Assembly (NCBI RefSeq): GCF_018350175.1
Contig: NC_058368.1
Location: 52,576,001-52,640,000, forward strand
From: Felis catus
Lineage: Eukaryota
Length of the DNA: 64,000 nucleotides
Direction of reading: 5' to 3'
The notes beneath the pieces are model-generated. The model did not search any database. It saw nothing but the letters and a program-made list of their open reading frames with translations, and was not told where the DNA came from. Positions 12,925-25,459 of the stretch are shown here, piece by piece (within the stretch, counting starts at the first letter, position 1; each line of letters opens with the position of its first letter). The translations under genes were made by a program, and so were the position numbers.

Positions 12925-13831
12925 AACCCTACTCCAAACTCTGCTACTGCTGAGGCTGATCCTTTACTCCATTAATTCTCCTTACAAAGAAACCTGAAAA
13001 TTAAATGTAATGAGTAAAATTTTATTTTAGGTATTCTAGTGTTTTATGTTTCAGATGAAAACAAATTTACATTTAATCACAGAAATTTGGGGTTTTTGGG
13101 ATAATGCTGCTTATTTTCTAATAAAAGCAGAAGAATGAGAAAACGAGTATATTAACTTTACCCCAAAGTCTGACATTCACTCTCAGCGTTACATAATCAA
13201 TTTAATTTTATTTCTTCAAAGTATGAAAACAATTACTGATGTAAAAATTTTAAGGCACTTTGTTAATCGGCTGAATTTTAATTTTTAAAATAGATAGCTT
13301 TCCCAAAAGCCTAATAGGCAAAAGTCTCACCTTTGGATTTTTGAACAAATATCACGGCATTTCATGTATTTAAACGTGTACAATTGATTCGATCAGTGAA
13401 TGTTTCTTACAAGGTTTGTAAATGGCATGTGCAACAAAAGTTGTTTTTTTTTCCCCCAAGATAACCCAGTTAGGCTTGACAGCTTGTTTACAATAGTACC
13501 CTGAAGACACATTCTACGGTGCTCAACTATATAAATATACATTTGAGATATACACTCTGGCTCGTAACATTTGTTAAACATCTGAAACATGAAGTCAATC
13601 CGGTTTGTGTGTTCTTTGTACCTCTTTAAATAGTATGAAGGAAATGGATCTCTAGACCTCACAAGTGCATCTATATACTCCTACTTCAATTGACATATAC
13701 CACTGTGAAAATCAGAAAATAATTCAAAGACCTCAATAAAGAGAAAAAGATGGGGGATCCAAAGACACATTCTGGAAATACATGGCAAGCAGAGATAGAA
13801 CACCAGTTATGAGAAATATGAGGGAGGGGCA

Positions 13832-14053
13832 GGGGTGCCTGGGTGGCTCAGTCGGTTGGGTGCCCGACTTTGGCTCAGGTCATGATCTCACGTCGTGGGC
13901 TTGAGCCCTGCATCGAGTTCTGTGCTGACAGCTTGGAGCCCAGAGCCTGCTTCAGATTCTAGGTCTCCCTCTCTCTCTGCACCCCTCCCCACTCGTGCTC
14001 TGCCTTTCTCTGTCTCTCAAAAGTGAATAAACATTAAAAATTTTCAAAAAAAT
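13832..14053 (+). mobile_element. Felid CanSINE
   Basis: SINE head, body and tail; perfect 16-bp TSD ATATGAGGGAGGGGCA at 13816-13831 and 14054-14069. Confidence 0.97.
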
Positions 14054-14609
14054 ATATGAGGGAGGGGCATAGGGCAAAGGTCCTCTGTTAAATCATACTC
14101 TTAGACCATTAAAGCCAAAATTTCCACCATTAAGAATTCATTCCTTTGGATCAAAACATCCCATAGGAATGCTCTGTTAAAATGTGAACATTACACAGAC
14201 TATTAATACATATTGGCTATTAGTATCATAGGCTCACCACACCAGTCAAGAATATCTCTGTAAGACCAAGAATGGGTTTCACTGAAGACTTGTAACAAGA
14301 GTGAAAAAAAATAGAATGTTCATGGCTCTGCTCCCATCGCTTTCTTAAGAACCCCAGCTCTCCCGAGATTCCTTCAGAGCAGACCTGGGAATTCTGAAAA
14401 GGGGCTTTCAACCACATTCCAGGAATCCCTCTTCCTGATTATCATTTTGGTCATCTTGTAGCTGCAGATAACCAAAGGAATAATGTGCTATGAAGGCACC
14501 AAGGCTCTGTGATGAAGGTCTCAGCCACCCAAAGATGATGGCTTTGCTGCCCGTCCTTTGATGCTGTGGCTGCTGATGCCTGATGCTGAAGGAATTCACG
14601 TCTTTCCTA

Positions 14610-15370
14610 GAAAGTCATCTTTCCTCTCAGCCAAAGCTCTAGCCAACCATTTCTTCTTCTATCTTGAATCTTAATATATCAGCATTTTACAATTTTGTTC
14701 ACTATTTTATTATAACTCCTGTGTCCCCGTGCTCTCAGTTGAATTATTTGATTTTCATGGATGACTCAATGGTCGAAATACAAGAAACTTCAATAAGCTT
14801 GCATATAATTCTATTGGGTGTGGGGAATTAAACTTATTTAAATTCCCCAAGCATTAACTCACTATCTCGTCTCATGTTTTGGTCTTCAACCACCTTTCAG
14901 CAATTTTTATGTTCTTTTTTTCCATTTTAAAACCATTCTCCTTGATGAAGAAAATAGAAACAAACTGGATTAAAGAGTAGGTTGGCTCTTTCTTTGATAT
15001 GTGTTAACATCATAACATCTTTGAACAGCAGACACATCCACATTTTTCTTAGCCATTTTTAGTGATCTTGAACATTAATGAACTTTTATCTTGTACTGAT
15101 CTACAACCATTGTGACTCAGATCTTAAAGGTTTGTGCCTATCTTCTATATTTTTTTCTTAGTCATGAGTTCTTTCTGTCTTATTTGGTATATTACAAAAT
15201 CTGAACTCATGAAGGAGCTAATTTTATAACTATTTTAGGTGCTTTAACCTTCAATCTCCTTTCCTTCTCACTTAAGTTAGTCCCACTTGCAGAGTCAGAA
15301 TTACATATTTATTTAAACTTCCCATTCCCTTTAAAATCATATTCTCTTAAAGAGTCTGTCCATGAGGTTT
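14610..15370 (-). mobile_element. L3/CR1 LINE ORF2 fossil
   Basis: The reverse strand of about 14941-15030 reads LLFKDVMMLTHIKERANLL-(frameshift)-FVSIFFIK, matching the recalled CR1/L3 ORF2 motif 'LL..DG.MLTDD.EKAELLN.FFASVF'. Boundaries approximate. Confidence 0.6.
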
Positions 15371-15404
15371 CTCTAGTTTGGGGAAGCTGATTTCATGGGA
15401 GACA

Positions 15405-15640
15405 AAATGGCACACGGAAAAGGACACAAACTCTGGAGTCTGAAAATCTATGGCCATCTTCTAGCCTGGCTAGTGCAGAAGAGATGATGCATAAATATCA
15501 AATACGTGAATGACTGAATGAGTGAATGAATGAATGGTGATCTCAAACAAGTTAATCCCATTGAGCCTCAGTTTTCATATCTGTAAAATGGTAACACAAG
15601 TATCTATTTTAGAGGCCCATTGTCATAAGTAAATGAGCCA
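15405..15640 (+). mobile_element. MIR, with an internal L2-tail-like (GAAT)n
   Basis: 'gagcctcagttttcatatctgtaaaatgg' core. Confidence 0.7.
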
Positions 15641-15779
15641 TATTATCTCTAGGAGCATTTCTAATGACAGCATTTGTCTTTTTAGCTTTGCAGAAGTTCC
15701 AAGCTCACCCTGGGATTTAGGTATGCTCATAGGGCTGGCTGTCTTGACATCCTTGTAGAGTTGGTTGGCTCTCTTAACA

Positions 15780-16315
15780 TTTTTAATCTTTCATTTTTAT
15801 TAAATTTATATATGCACATACTTTAAAGATTCACCCAGGTCTATAAATTTTGTTAATAAGCAGCTGTTGTTAGCATCTTCCCCCCAGCACCCTCAACTTC
15901 CCCTTCTTCAGAGGTAACCACTTTTAACATTTGTAGCTGATTGTGTTGGTATTTACCTGTATATTCTAAATGATATGCTTACGTTGCTTGTACTTGATAT
16001 TTCCAGCTCTGGACATTATCTATTGACTCCCCACATGGAAGGTTAGCACGTTACACTCTTCCCTTCCTAGTCTCCACCATACATAGATGCCCACCTCTCA
16101 CACCCCAGCCTCTCAATATAGTTATTTTAAATGTTTGATTACATTAACATTCAGCATGGACATTATTTTGAGTCTGTACCATTCAAGGCTAAGCCGTGGG
16201 ATCAATGGTAATTACCTTTACTTTCCTGCATATTTTAAATTGTTTCTGGCAATTAAAATTATCTTATCTATTTTCCTAACTTTCTGTGTTCTTGTCACAG
16301 ATTCACTTCAAACTT
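15780..16315 (-). mobile_element. Old L1M fragment
   Basis: 'ccccttcttcagaggtaaccacttttaacattt' is typical of antisense L1M 3' UTR. Confidence 0.55.
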
Positions 16316-16319
16316 AACA

Positions 16320-17095
16320 CGTCCCAGATGAACACTCTGGACATCCACTCCCCTCCCCAAATGATTCTTCTCCCAGTCTCCCCAACTCTGTGAATGGCCC
16401 TCGCTCTAATCGCTGAAATCACCCTTACTCTTCCTTTCCCTTCACCCCTTACATTTGACCTGCATGCAGGATACATTCAGAATAGATCTTGAATCTATCT
16501 TCCCATCTCACTGCCACCCACCAGTGCAAGCCCTTTCTTGCTTCCCTTAGCCTTTGTCATAGAGTTCTATCATTGGTATTCCCCCTTTCACTTTCCTCCA
16601 TCCCCGGTGGGATCATCATACAGCAAAAGGCCCTTCAAAAACTGCAAACAACACCATTCTGCATCCATTAGATGAACTTCTCAGTGGCTTCCCGTTGTAT
16701 CCAAGTGAAACCCATACAAGGCCCACTCTGCTCCAGTCACACTGGCCCTCTGTCAGCTCCGCGGAGCACGCATATCCCATTCTAGCAGCTGGGCTGTAGC
16801 TGTTCCTTGGGCTTAGATGCTCTTGTTCCTTCTCACCCTGCAGTCACTCCCCAAGGCCCTGCCTGCTCTGTGCTAAAGCAGGTTCTGCCCAGAACTATCT
16901 TATCAGTCTGCTTACTTCCTTCGTAATGCCAATCACAATTAACCTATTTAAATTAAGTCCATAACTGCAATTATTTTGTTTATTTAGTTGCTCACCATGT
17001 AAACTCCATGAAAACAGGGGCCTTGTCCCTTTTGATCCTCATTGTACTCATGGCGCCATATAATGCATATTTGAATTCTTAATGACTAGATGTTA
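16320..17095 (+). mobile_element. L2 3' region
   Basis: 'cttcaaacttaacacgtcccagatgaacac', 'ccactctgctccagtcacactggcc', 'tgtaaactccatgaaaacaggggccttgtc'. Confidence 0.8.
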
Positions 17096-18494
17096 GAATA
17101 TAAGGAATGGCTACGTTTTGAGTGTTTTTATTTGAGAAGGACAAATAGCAAATTTGAAGTTTGGTGCTTGTGGTTTCCACATAGATGTGACGGCTGTGGT
17201 GGTAGTATTCACCAGAGTCAGAGCTAGGGGGAAGAGGAGGCCAGTGCATTGATGAGTGTCAGGATGTATCCTGTTCAATACCTTCGACACTAACCTGTAG
17301 GAAGAGTAGACCACACGCTCTTCAGGTCTGCGTGCGGCATAGGACCGGGTGGTGTGGCTGGAGTTCTGGAAGACAAGGAGAACTTGCGGTGATCTCAGGT
17401 GGCCAGAGTGGCATCAGCAGTGGAGCTGGAAAGATGCTGTTTGACCTGAAAAGGGGAGACAGAGACCTGCTGGAGTCCAGGGAGCCATCTGACTGCAAAG
17501 GGGAAGGGGAAATGCTTTCTTAGCAGTGCTTTGTGAAGTGTGGCTGCTGTTGTTAAAAAGCACTCGGACAACCTTATTCATTTACTCTTCTGCCTGCTGT
17601 GACCGAGGCCAGTTCCTGTCCATAAGAAATTCACAGCCTTACTTTTAGCTGTGGCAGCTGGGATACAGGCTCCAGACATAGGCAAGTGACAGTAACACGC
17701 TACCCTGTGATCCCGTGGACCCCGTACGGCTTAGGGTGTCCTAAGCCTTCTTATGGTGTCATATCTTGGGAAATGTGTTGTTAGGCCATAGGATTTTCAG
17801 AGAGGAGACAACTCGGATGTCAAGAATTCTAAAAGTTAGAACATATGATAACGGCAAAGGGAAACGGAGCTGTTTAACCCAGGAAGAGATGAGTTGAAAA
17901 GAACCAAGAGGCCCTTCACACGGTGTGAAAGTGCTCTGTAACAAGGACGGTGGTCCCTTTGGGACCGTTCTGAGCACTGGGACCAGCGTGCACAAGGGGC
18001 AGTGCGGAAGCGAGATGCCGCCCCAAGGAGAGGTATGTTGCGACAAAGATGTGCCACTTCTCCACGGTCGAACAATGGCTCGAGCACCCTGGCAAAGGCG
18101 TGAGCCACTGTTACCGGGGTTTGCAAGCATCCCCAGCACGACCTTCCGCCGTTCACAGGTGTGCCGTGGGTGGCTGGCGTTCCTAGGGTGGCTGCTGGCT
18201 CTGAAGGCAGTGATGCTAAGCCAGGGGAAAGCCCACAGAGGCCCAGGCAGGATAAGCCTCTATTCAAAGACAGTTAGAGAGAGCATAAGTTAAACCGCTT
18301 TTCTGTTTGTTCGAAGATTTACTTCTGTACATTTATTCTCTATGGAAACAGGGGAGCTGGCACGTGCGACGTTCCTCATAAAGCTCTCCTATTATCATTG
18401 ATCAAGCTACCTGGCTGGTGGTCATAAATGAATAAACAGATATAAATCCCCAAATAAGCAGACACTCGTTCTGTTTTTATATACCACTAAATGC

Positions 18495-18518
18495 CTTTTT
18501 TTTTTTTTTTTTTTTTTT
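18495..18518 (+). repeat. poly(T) tract
   Basis: About 23 T. Confidence 0.9.
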
Positions 18519-18670
18519 GGCCACATCCTGTAATAGCGGAGGAAGTCTTAGATGATTTGATAATACAAACAATTAAGTCGGGAACCTTTTCCTAATGAAA
18601 GGAAATTATAGATATGTGCTTTTCTGGCAGCCTTTAGTACTTCACACTACCAGCCTCCTCTCCCGTCCAC

Positions 18671-18673
<3 letters not shown>

Positions 18674-18715
<42 letters not shown>
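18674..18715 (+). repeat. (AC)21 microsatellite
   Basis: Perfect AC repeat. Confidence 0.97.
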
Positions 18716-18717
<2 letters not shown>

Positions 18718-20303
18718 CGCACGGTTTCCCTTGTAGGAGTCAGTTGAATTTGGCTCAAGTGCATTCACTGATGTCTTCATCCCAGCACTCACACTCAACT
18801 TGCCCTGATAAAAATGTTTTTATTAATAACCTAAAAATTTAATGAGAGCCCTGTCTTTAAAAAAATATCCAGTGCTCCTTTTACACTAAATTTATAATGA
18901 GCCTTTGGGAAATTTCTGAAGTTCTTACACACGTATTAATTCCCATTAATTAACTTAAAGGCTGCAATGCAAATAAAAACAGTTCCCATCTTTTGAAAGG
19001 GCAGGGCTCTGAGTGGGAGAAGGATCCCTGACTCAGGATGTTTCCCGTGCTCCCGTGAGCGGCTGACTGCTGCTTGATTCTGGCCTCCTGCCAAGACCAA
19101 CACTGAGCTCCAGTAAGACTGGGTGGAAGTTTCCCAAGAAGCTGGCACTCTCTCTCCACAGTAGCAGGCCAGGAGCTGCATGAGGTGATGGAAAGACCAG
19201 ACACAGGCTAAGTTCAGACCCCAACTCTGTCTTATGTGGCCTTACACAAGTTATTTACTACAGTGAGAAAGTAAAGTCGTATGCCACAACAACAGTTCAC
19301 GATGGTTGTGCAGGCATTTCCCGATTCTATATCCTGTTAACATTAGAAATATCTAAGGGATTCCCCCAGCTCCACTTAGGAACTGGCAAAAATGACATTA
19401 TCCCCATTTGCACCAGAAGAAAAACGCAGGTGAAAAGTTAAAGGATTTCTCCCCAAACGTGAAGCTCTGAGATGCATGGAACTGTATTTCACAGGAAAGA
19501 AACAAAACAACCCAGCTCTTACTTCTATGAGGCAAAGATAATATCAATGGTTCCCTAGCCCTAGGGTAATCTGAAACAGAGCTGCACCAGGGCTCTTGCT
19601 TAGCAACACGCCCCTCCCCAAACGCACAGCCACGCCAGCTTTACTCAAACACCGCATGGGGACAAATGGCGGAGTCCGAATTTGAACCTGGCATTTGAGA
19701 GCTGATGCTTGGGCCGCTAAACCCTTCCTCCAGCACAATAGCCTCCTAGAAGGAGACCGCAGGCAGACATTCTTCATCAGCGGGCTGCTGAACACTGCGG
19801 CTCTCTGATTGTCCTCCAGGAAGCCCTGCCTCACGAGGGGAAGTAATTATGCACCCAAGGAACGCAGAGGACGAACTCTGTACGCTTTCGGCATGGGGAG
19901 GGATTACAAGCACTAGCACTGTGTTAGAACAAGTCTCTGGCAATCCACTCTTCCAGGATGGGAGGGCCCCGACACAGCCCGGCAGGTTGCAGCCACGAGG
20001 CAGAGGGCTTTCGCTGCTTTGCGTCAGGGCCCAGGGAAAAGCAGAGAGGAGAGAGGGAAGAGGAAGATGAGGAAACTGAATATTGGTTTTCTTAAATGGA
20101 AAGTAGCTACAAGTTAAAAAGTTGCTTCAGAAACACCAGGGAAAAGAGAAACATATACAAGCTTAATTAATAGAATTCAGATGAAAGAAGGGTAAAGCAA
20201 TGAAATATTCATTATAGATCTCATATAACTATGATGGAAAACAAACTCAATCGAAAGATGCATTAGAGAAACAAAACCCTTAAAAATTAAAAAATTTGGA
20301 GGA

Positions 20304-20520
20304 GGGGTGCCTGGGTGGCTCTGTCAGTTAAGCGTCCAACTCTTGATCTAGGCTCGGGTCATGATCTCATGGTGGTGAGATAGAGCCTCGCTTCAGGCTC
20401 CGCACTGAGTGTGGAGCCTGCTTGGGATTCCCTCTCTCCCTCTCTCTCTCTCTGTCCCTCGTCTGCTCGCGCACACATGCTCTCTCACTTTCTTTCAAAA
20501 TAAACAAACATTAAAAAATA
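20304..20520 (+). mobile_element. CanSINE (older subfamily)
   Basis: GGGGTGCCTGGGTGGCTC head, 'gagcctgcttgggattc', CT tract, A tail; TSD decayed. Confidence 0.93.
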
Positions 20521-20829
20521 ATAACAATAAATTTAAAATGTGGACAAAACAAGAAAAAGCCAGCAAATGGTTCAAGCGTAGGTTCAAGGTTTCCTGGGGC
20601 TTCCTGGGTATTTGAATGATGTGCAAGTGGCAGAGCACACATTTGTGAAGCAGACAGTATGGGTCATGGCAGATGTTGTAGATGAAAACTGGACAACAGG
20701 ATGTCTCTGTGTCCAATTCAATTCACATGCTCCTTGATGAACTGAAGGCAGAAAATTCTGGAATACAGAAGAAAATAAAACAGAGCTGGGGAATAAAAAT
20801 AATGATGACAATAGCAATTATAAAAATAG

Positions 20830-21060
20830 CTGACGTTTTTGTAAAATGTTCTCAGGTGCCCGAGAGCATGCCAGGCATTTTAAATGCATTATCTTGCTTA
20901 TTCCCCATAACAACACAATGTAAGAAACAGGTTCCACCATCATCCCAGTTTACAGGTGAGGATAAGAAGATTCAGACAGATAAACTTGTTCAAGGTCACA
21001 AAATAATTAAGTGGCAGACGCAATGTTTGAATCCCATTATCTGTCTGACTTTAGTGTTCG
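20830..21060 (-). mobile_element. MIR
   Basis: 'taaatgcattatctt...catcccagtttacaggtgaggataagaagattcagacag...aacttgttcaaggtcaca'. Confidence 0.75.
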
Positions 21061-21999
21061 AGCTAATAAAATTTATATAAAATTTCAATCATTGTGTACC
21101 CTGTGCTTCTCCTCAAAAGCTCCTGAGTACATGCATATTTAAAATCGCAGTTTCCTTTTTTTTTTCTTTCCAAAAGCCATCTTCTAAAAATAATAGGTAA
21201 ATTGCAAACTGTAAACTTATCATCATGCTTATGAGGGATGTGGAGGTGGGGGCACCTAAAAGATGGGCCGGGAAACTGAGTTATGAATTTATATATTAAA
21301 AGATTGAGAAAGTTTTCCTTTGATTTGCATTTTTATCTGAGCTAATTGATGCTTTGGAAAACTTGGAGTATTTCAAAGAGCCAGCCTTTTTTAAGTCCAG
21401 GCAAATCCTCTCGTGTTTCTTTCCAGATTGCTCAGCCCTATCTCTCCAGCTCTCTCAAGACATTAATATGTAATCTCTCCACCAAGCAAAGGATCAGGTC
21501 ATATAGTGAGTCACAGCACCTAGTAACACAAGTACTTATCGGATGAAAAAGATTGATCATCCTCCTCCCACCTTCCCCATAGCTGCACTTTGGGATTTGC
21601 TATTTCAACAAATCAAAGAAAAGTATTTGCAAATCATGTGGTGTTCTCTGTGTGTATTCGATTCAGAGAAGAAACACTCTCCCCTCCCATGATAATCATC
21701 AATAATCTCAAACCACAAAGAAACAGAATCCAAAGCAGATGGACGCCCACAAGGAAAGGAAAAGTGCTTCAGCCCTAGCAGTTTAGACCATTCTGGCAGA
21801 GAGACTTAGTGGGAACCTAGAGTGACCACGTCAGTGTGGCCGCGGATACGTTCTAGAAACCTCTCTTCCTTTGCAGTGGAGGGGATGGCAGGAGGGTGGG
21901 GAGAGGGCAGAGTTACCCCATCCTGTCCAGGAAAGACCTGAAAGCCTTAATACTGTCATCCAACCAGGGGGTGTTCACGGGATTGAAAATAAGTCAAGA

Positions 22000-22230
22000 G
22001 GGGAGCCTGGGTGGCTCAGTAGGTTGAGTGTCTGACTCTTGATTTTGGCTCAGGTCATGATCTCACAGGTTCATGGGTTCGATCCCTGCATTGGGCTCTG
22101 TGCTGAGAACGCAAGGCCTGCTTGGGATTCTCTGTCTCCCTCTCTCTCTTCCCCTGCCCCACTCATGCTCTCTCTCTCTTTCTCTTTCTCTCTCCCTCAA
22201 AAATAAATATATTTTTTAAAAATATTAAAA
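22000..22230 (+). mobile_element. CanSINE
   Basis: GGGGAGCCTGGGTGGCTCAG head, 'gggttcgatccc' B box, CT tract, AATAAA. Confidence 0.95.
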
Positions 22231-24994
22231 ATTATTTAAGAGTGTGAAATCCAGTTTGTATATTCAAAAATTCAAACCGCATTTTAATCATCTCATGTTA
22301 TAACCTTTGTGCTAATTATTACACACACTCCTCTCCCACCCTCTCAAAGAGGTCCTAAACTGCTATCAGCCCTTCCTGGATCCCATACCTTCATCCCAGC
22401 ATTGGCCACTTCTGCAGAGAATCTTGCTTATTGAGCAAAATTCTCCCAGTGCAAGCGTATTAACTACACCCAGGAATTAGCCCTTCCACAGACTATAAGA
22501 ATTAAGCTCATGATTGGATAGTGACAGCTCGTTCATCAACTTCAGTAGATCAAGGAAGGCCAGTCTTCTAGTCTGTGCATTTGGCCCTGGGAGCACAGGA
22601 GATGTTTTTCCAGGAATCCATTCCATCCTACACCCCTCAGGAGCCCCCTGCCCACTGGAAATCCCCACCTCCCATCCCAGGCAGGGCCTTCAAGCGGTAG
22701 TTTTCCATACAGAGCCACAGAGAAAAGAACTGTACAATTTAACCATCAGTCACTCCCCAGAAGACTCCACTTTTACCTGTCTACACTTTCTCCAGGAGCC
22801 AAAAAGAAATGAGCACATTAACCTGGTTTATTAAATTCAACAATGAAATACATCCAAGACTTCTTCCTTCTCATTCAGTGTATGTTTTTCCTCAAGTGTA
22901 TGAACTGGCTTATCATTTACTTCAATATCGTCAGAAGCACCCATAAACAACAACAACAACAACAAAAATCCTACAAAATAAAGTCGTAGCTATAATAGGG
23001 GAAATTTTTTTCCCTGAAATTTCTGAGATTCTAAGTCTAACCTCTTTGATGTTCTACCCACCGTGTTAAGTAGTTCATCACAACCCCTTTTTTTCTTATT
23101 ATATATAGTTTTAATACCCCAAGAAATAAAAGTGCTGAACTCTATCTGATATTTTACTGAACTCCTGAACTATTCTGAGCTAAGTATGACAGATGCCCTA
23201 ATGCTTGAGCTAGGGAAGTTGTTCTTTTAGTTCACGCATGGAACATTTCCATTAAAAACCAGAGACCTCGCTTCTAACCTTGGCAATGCCTTCTCCATAT
23301 GATTAATTATTTTTATGTGCACTGTCGTCCATTAGGGAAGTGTCAGTGTGCCTCGGGACCCAGATGCCTTTACATGGATTATTTTGCCCACTTTGTTTTC
23401 CCCTCTGTCTTCATTCAGCAAAATAAAGAATTACATTTCTTATATACTTTTATTTTAGATATTCTGTGAAGTTATTATGAATTTTACACTTTAAACTGGG
23501 ATACTATTCGGTAGTAGTCTCTTGAAGGATTCTGTGTTAGTGTCACTGAACTTCAAAAGTAGAAAATTAAAATAGAAAAATTCAATCAGGAAAATCTGGT
23601 ACAACCATTTAGAAACAATTCAGAAAGAAAACAAGTCACATATAGTCTTTTGTCATTTGAGGATCACTATGACTTTTCTATTTATATAAATAGCATTATC
23701 TGCTTTATATATACCCACAGGCCATTAAACTATACTCTTTAGAATTTTTGCCTATTCTGTTCCAAAGCTTTTATTCTCACTTCAGAAATACATTGTTCAG
23801 TTGAATCCCAGGAGAAGACAATCAGTGATCTCTTTCTGTGAAAGTAAAATTTTTCTGTATGTTTAGTAGAATATTTACAAAGAGCTGAGTATTTTAAGTA
23901 GGGTAATATTAATAGTTTTATAATTGAGTTAATAAACAAACTCACTACAATTTCTAATCTAGTTCTTATTCTGAAAGGCAAAAAACTGCATCTCTACCCA
24001 GCAAGCAAATATACAAAAATGCCTCTTTTTTTTTTTTTAACTTTATCTTGTTTCTTGAAGTTCCATTATGGTGATGACTCTCGCTCAATAATTTGATTTT
24101 CCAGCCACAACTGTATACAAGGTATAAAATGTATGGACATTTGTATCATCTTCTCTCTATTTCGGTCAAGATCTCTGGTTTATTTTAAAGGTACTTAAAA
24201 TGCTTGTTGTTTTTTTTTCTTGTATTAAAGATTTTGAAGTTGTTAGATTAATTGTGGCTTCTTACTTTCTCATGTTGTATTGAAGAAAGAGGAAAAGAAG
24301 AAAGAAAAAAGAGGGAGGGGAGCAACACATTATCATGATTATTGTTATTATTATTTATTAAGAAGTGATTACGTGTTAGGCATATGCTAGGCACTTACAT
24401 AAATCATTGCTAATGCCCTCATCCACACTGTCGCTTCTCTCATTTTGCATTTAAGGACATAGTGACTCAGGAAAGGCCATCGGCATATCAGAAGCCATGC
24501 AGCTACTAAGTGGCAAAACCGAAAAGGTCTCTCTCCACTTTCTGGTTCAAGCCCACAGGGCCCCCCTGAGGACCTCCGCGGCTCCCACACCAGCTGTCAG
24601 ACGGTCACTCGGAGCGACACAGGAGCCTCTCAATCCCACACTCAGAAAAGGCCTCAGCCACCCAACTCTCCAAGAAGTTAATATTGGAGCTTAATTAGTC
24701 TGGCTTAAGGCTTTGATAGGGATCAAATTTCAAATGTCCTGCGGACAGAACTAATAAGTGGGGGGCAGGGGGGGCTAACTTTTCCTGCAGGCCTATCATG
24801 CAGCAGGTGCAGGAAGAACAGGTGCCCCTTGAATCTCTGTCCCCTCTCACCTGCGAGCCTGTGGGCCTCCCACCACCACAACACTCGTGGCGGGAAAGAG
24901 CATCGGGACCCGTTTGGCGAAAGGAGGGTGGACAAGTTTAAGAATAATAACGAAAATTAACAGTTGCACAACTCTTATTAATAATTAGCATGGC

Positions 24995-25209
24995 GGGGCG
25001 CCTGGGTGGCGCAGTCGGTTAAGCGTCCGACTTCAGCCAGGTCACGATCTCGCGGTCTGTGAGTTCGAGCCCCACGTCAGGCTCTGGGCTGATGGCTCAG
25101 AGCCTGGAGCCTGTTTCTGATTCTGTGTCTCCTTCTCTCTCTGCCCCTCCCCCGTTCATGCTCTGTCTCTCTCTGTCCCAAAAAATAAATAAACGTTGGA
25201 AAAAAAAAA
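24995..25209 (+). mobile_element. Young felid SINE (SINEC_Fc-like)
   Basis: CpG-rich near-consensus sequence; perfect 16-bp TSD TAATAATTAGCATGGC at 24979-24994 and 25210-25225. Confidence 0.98.
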
Positions 25210-25269
25210 TAATAATTAGCATGGCTCATTGGGAGGAAAAAGCAAAAGGCTTAAAACTAGACTGTCACA

Positions 25270-25459
25270 GGGCACCTGGGTGGCTCAGCCTGTTGTGTCC
25301 CACTCCCGATTTCAGCTCCGGGCATGATCTCTGGATTGGTGAGATGAAGTCCCATCAGGCTCTAGGCTAATTTCGGATTCTCTGTCTCCTCTGTCTGCCC
25401 TGCCCCTCCCAGGTGTGGTTTCTCTCTCTCTCTCTTTCTCTCTCGAAACAAACAAACAA
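25270..25459 (+). mobile_element. Degenerate CanSINE with internal deletions
   Basis: gggcacctgggtggctcag head, CT tract, (AAAC)n tail; TSD actgtcacagg / actgccacagg. Confidence 0.85.

Noticed and set aside
24995-25075. tRNA genes (A-box and B-box matches)
   Set aside because: These are tRNA-derived SINE heads followed by SINE body, CT tract, A tail and TSDs.
25059-25370. Recurring peptide family 'SGSVLTAQSLEPASDSVSPSLSAPP' (also at 27039, 34746, 39203, 42767, 49394, 49804 and 54789)
   Set aside because: These are translations of CanSINE bodies, not a gene family.
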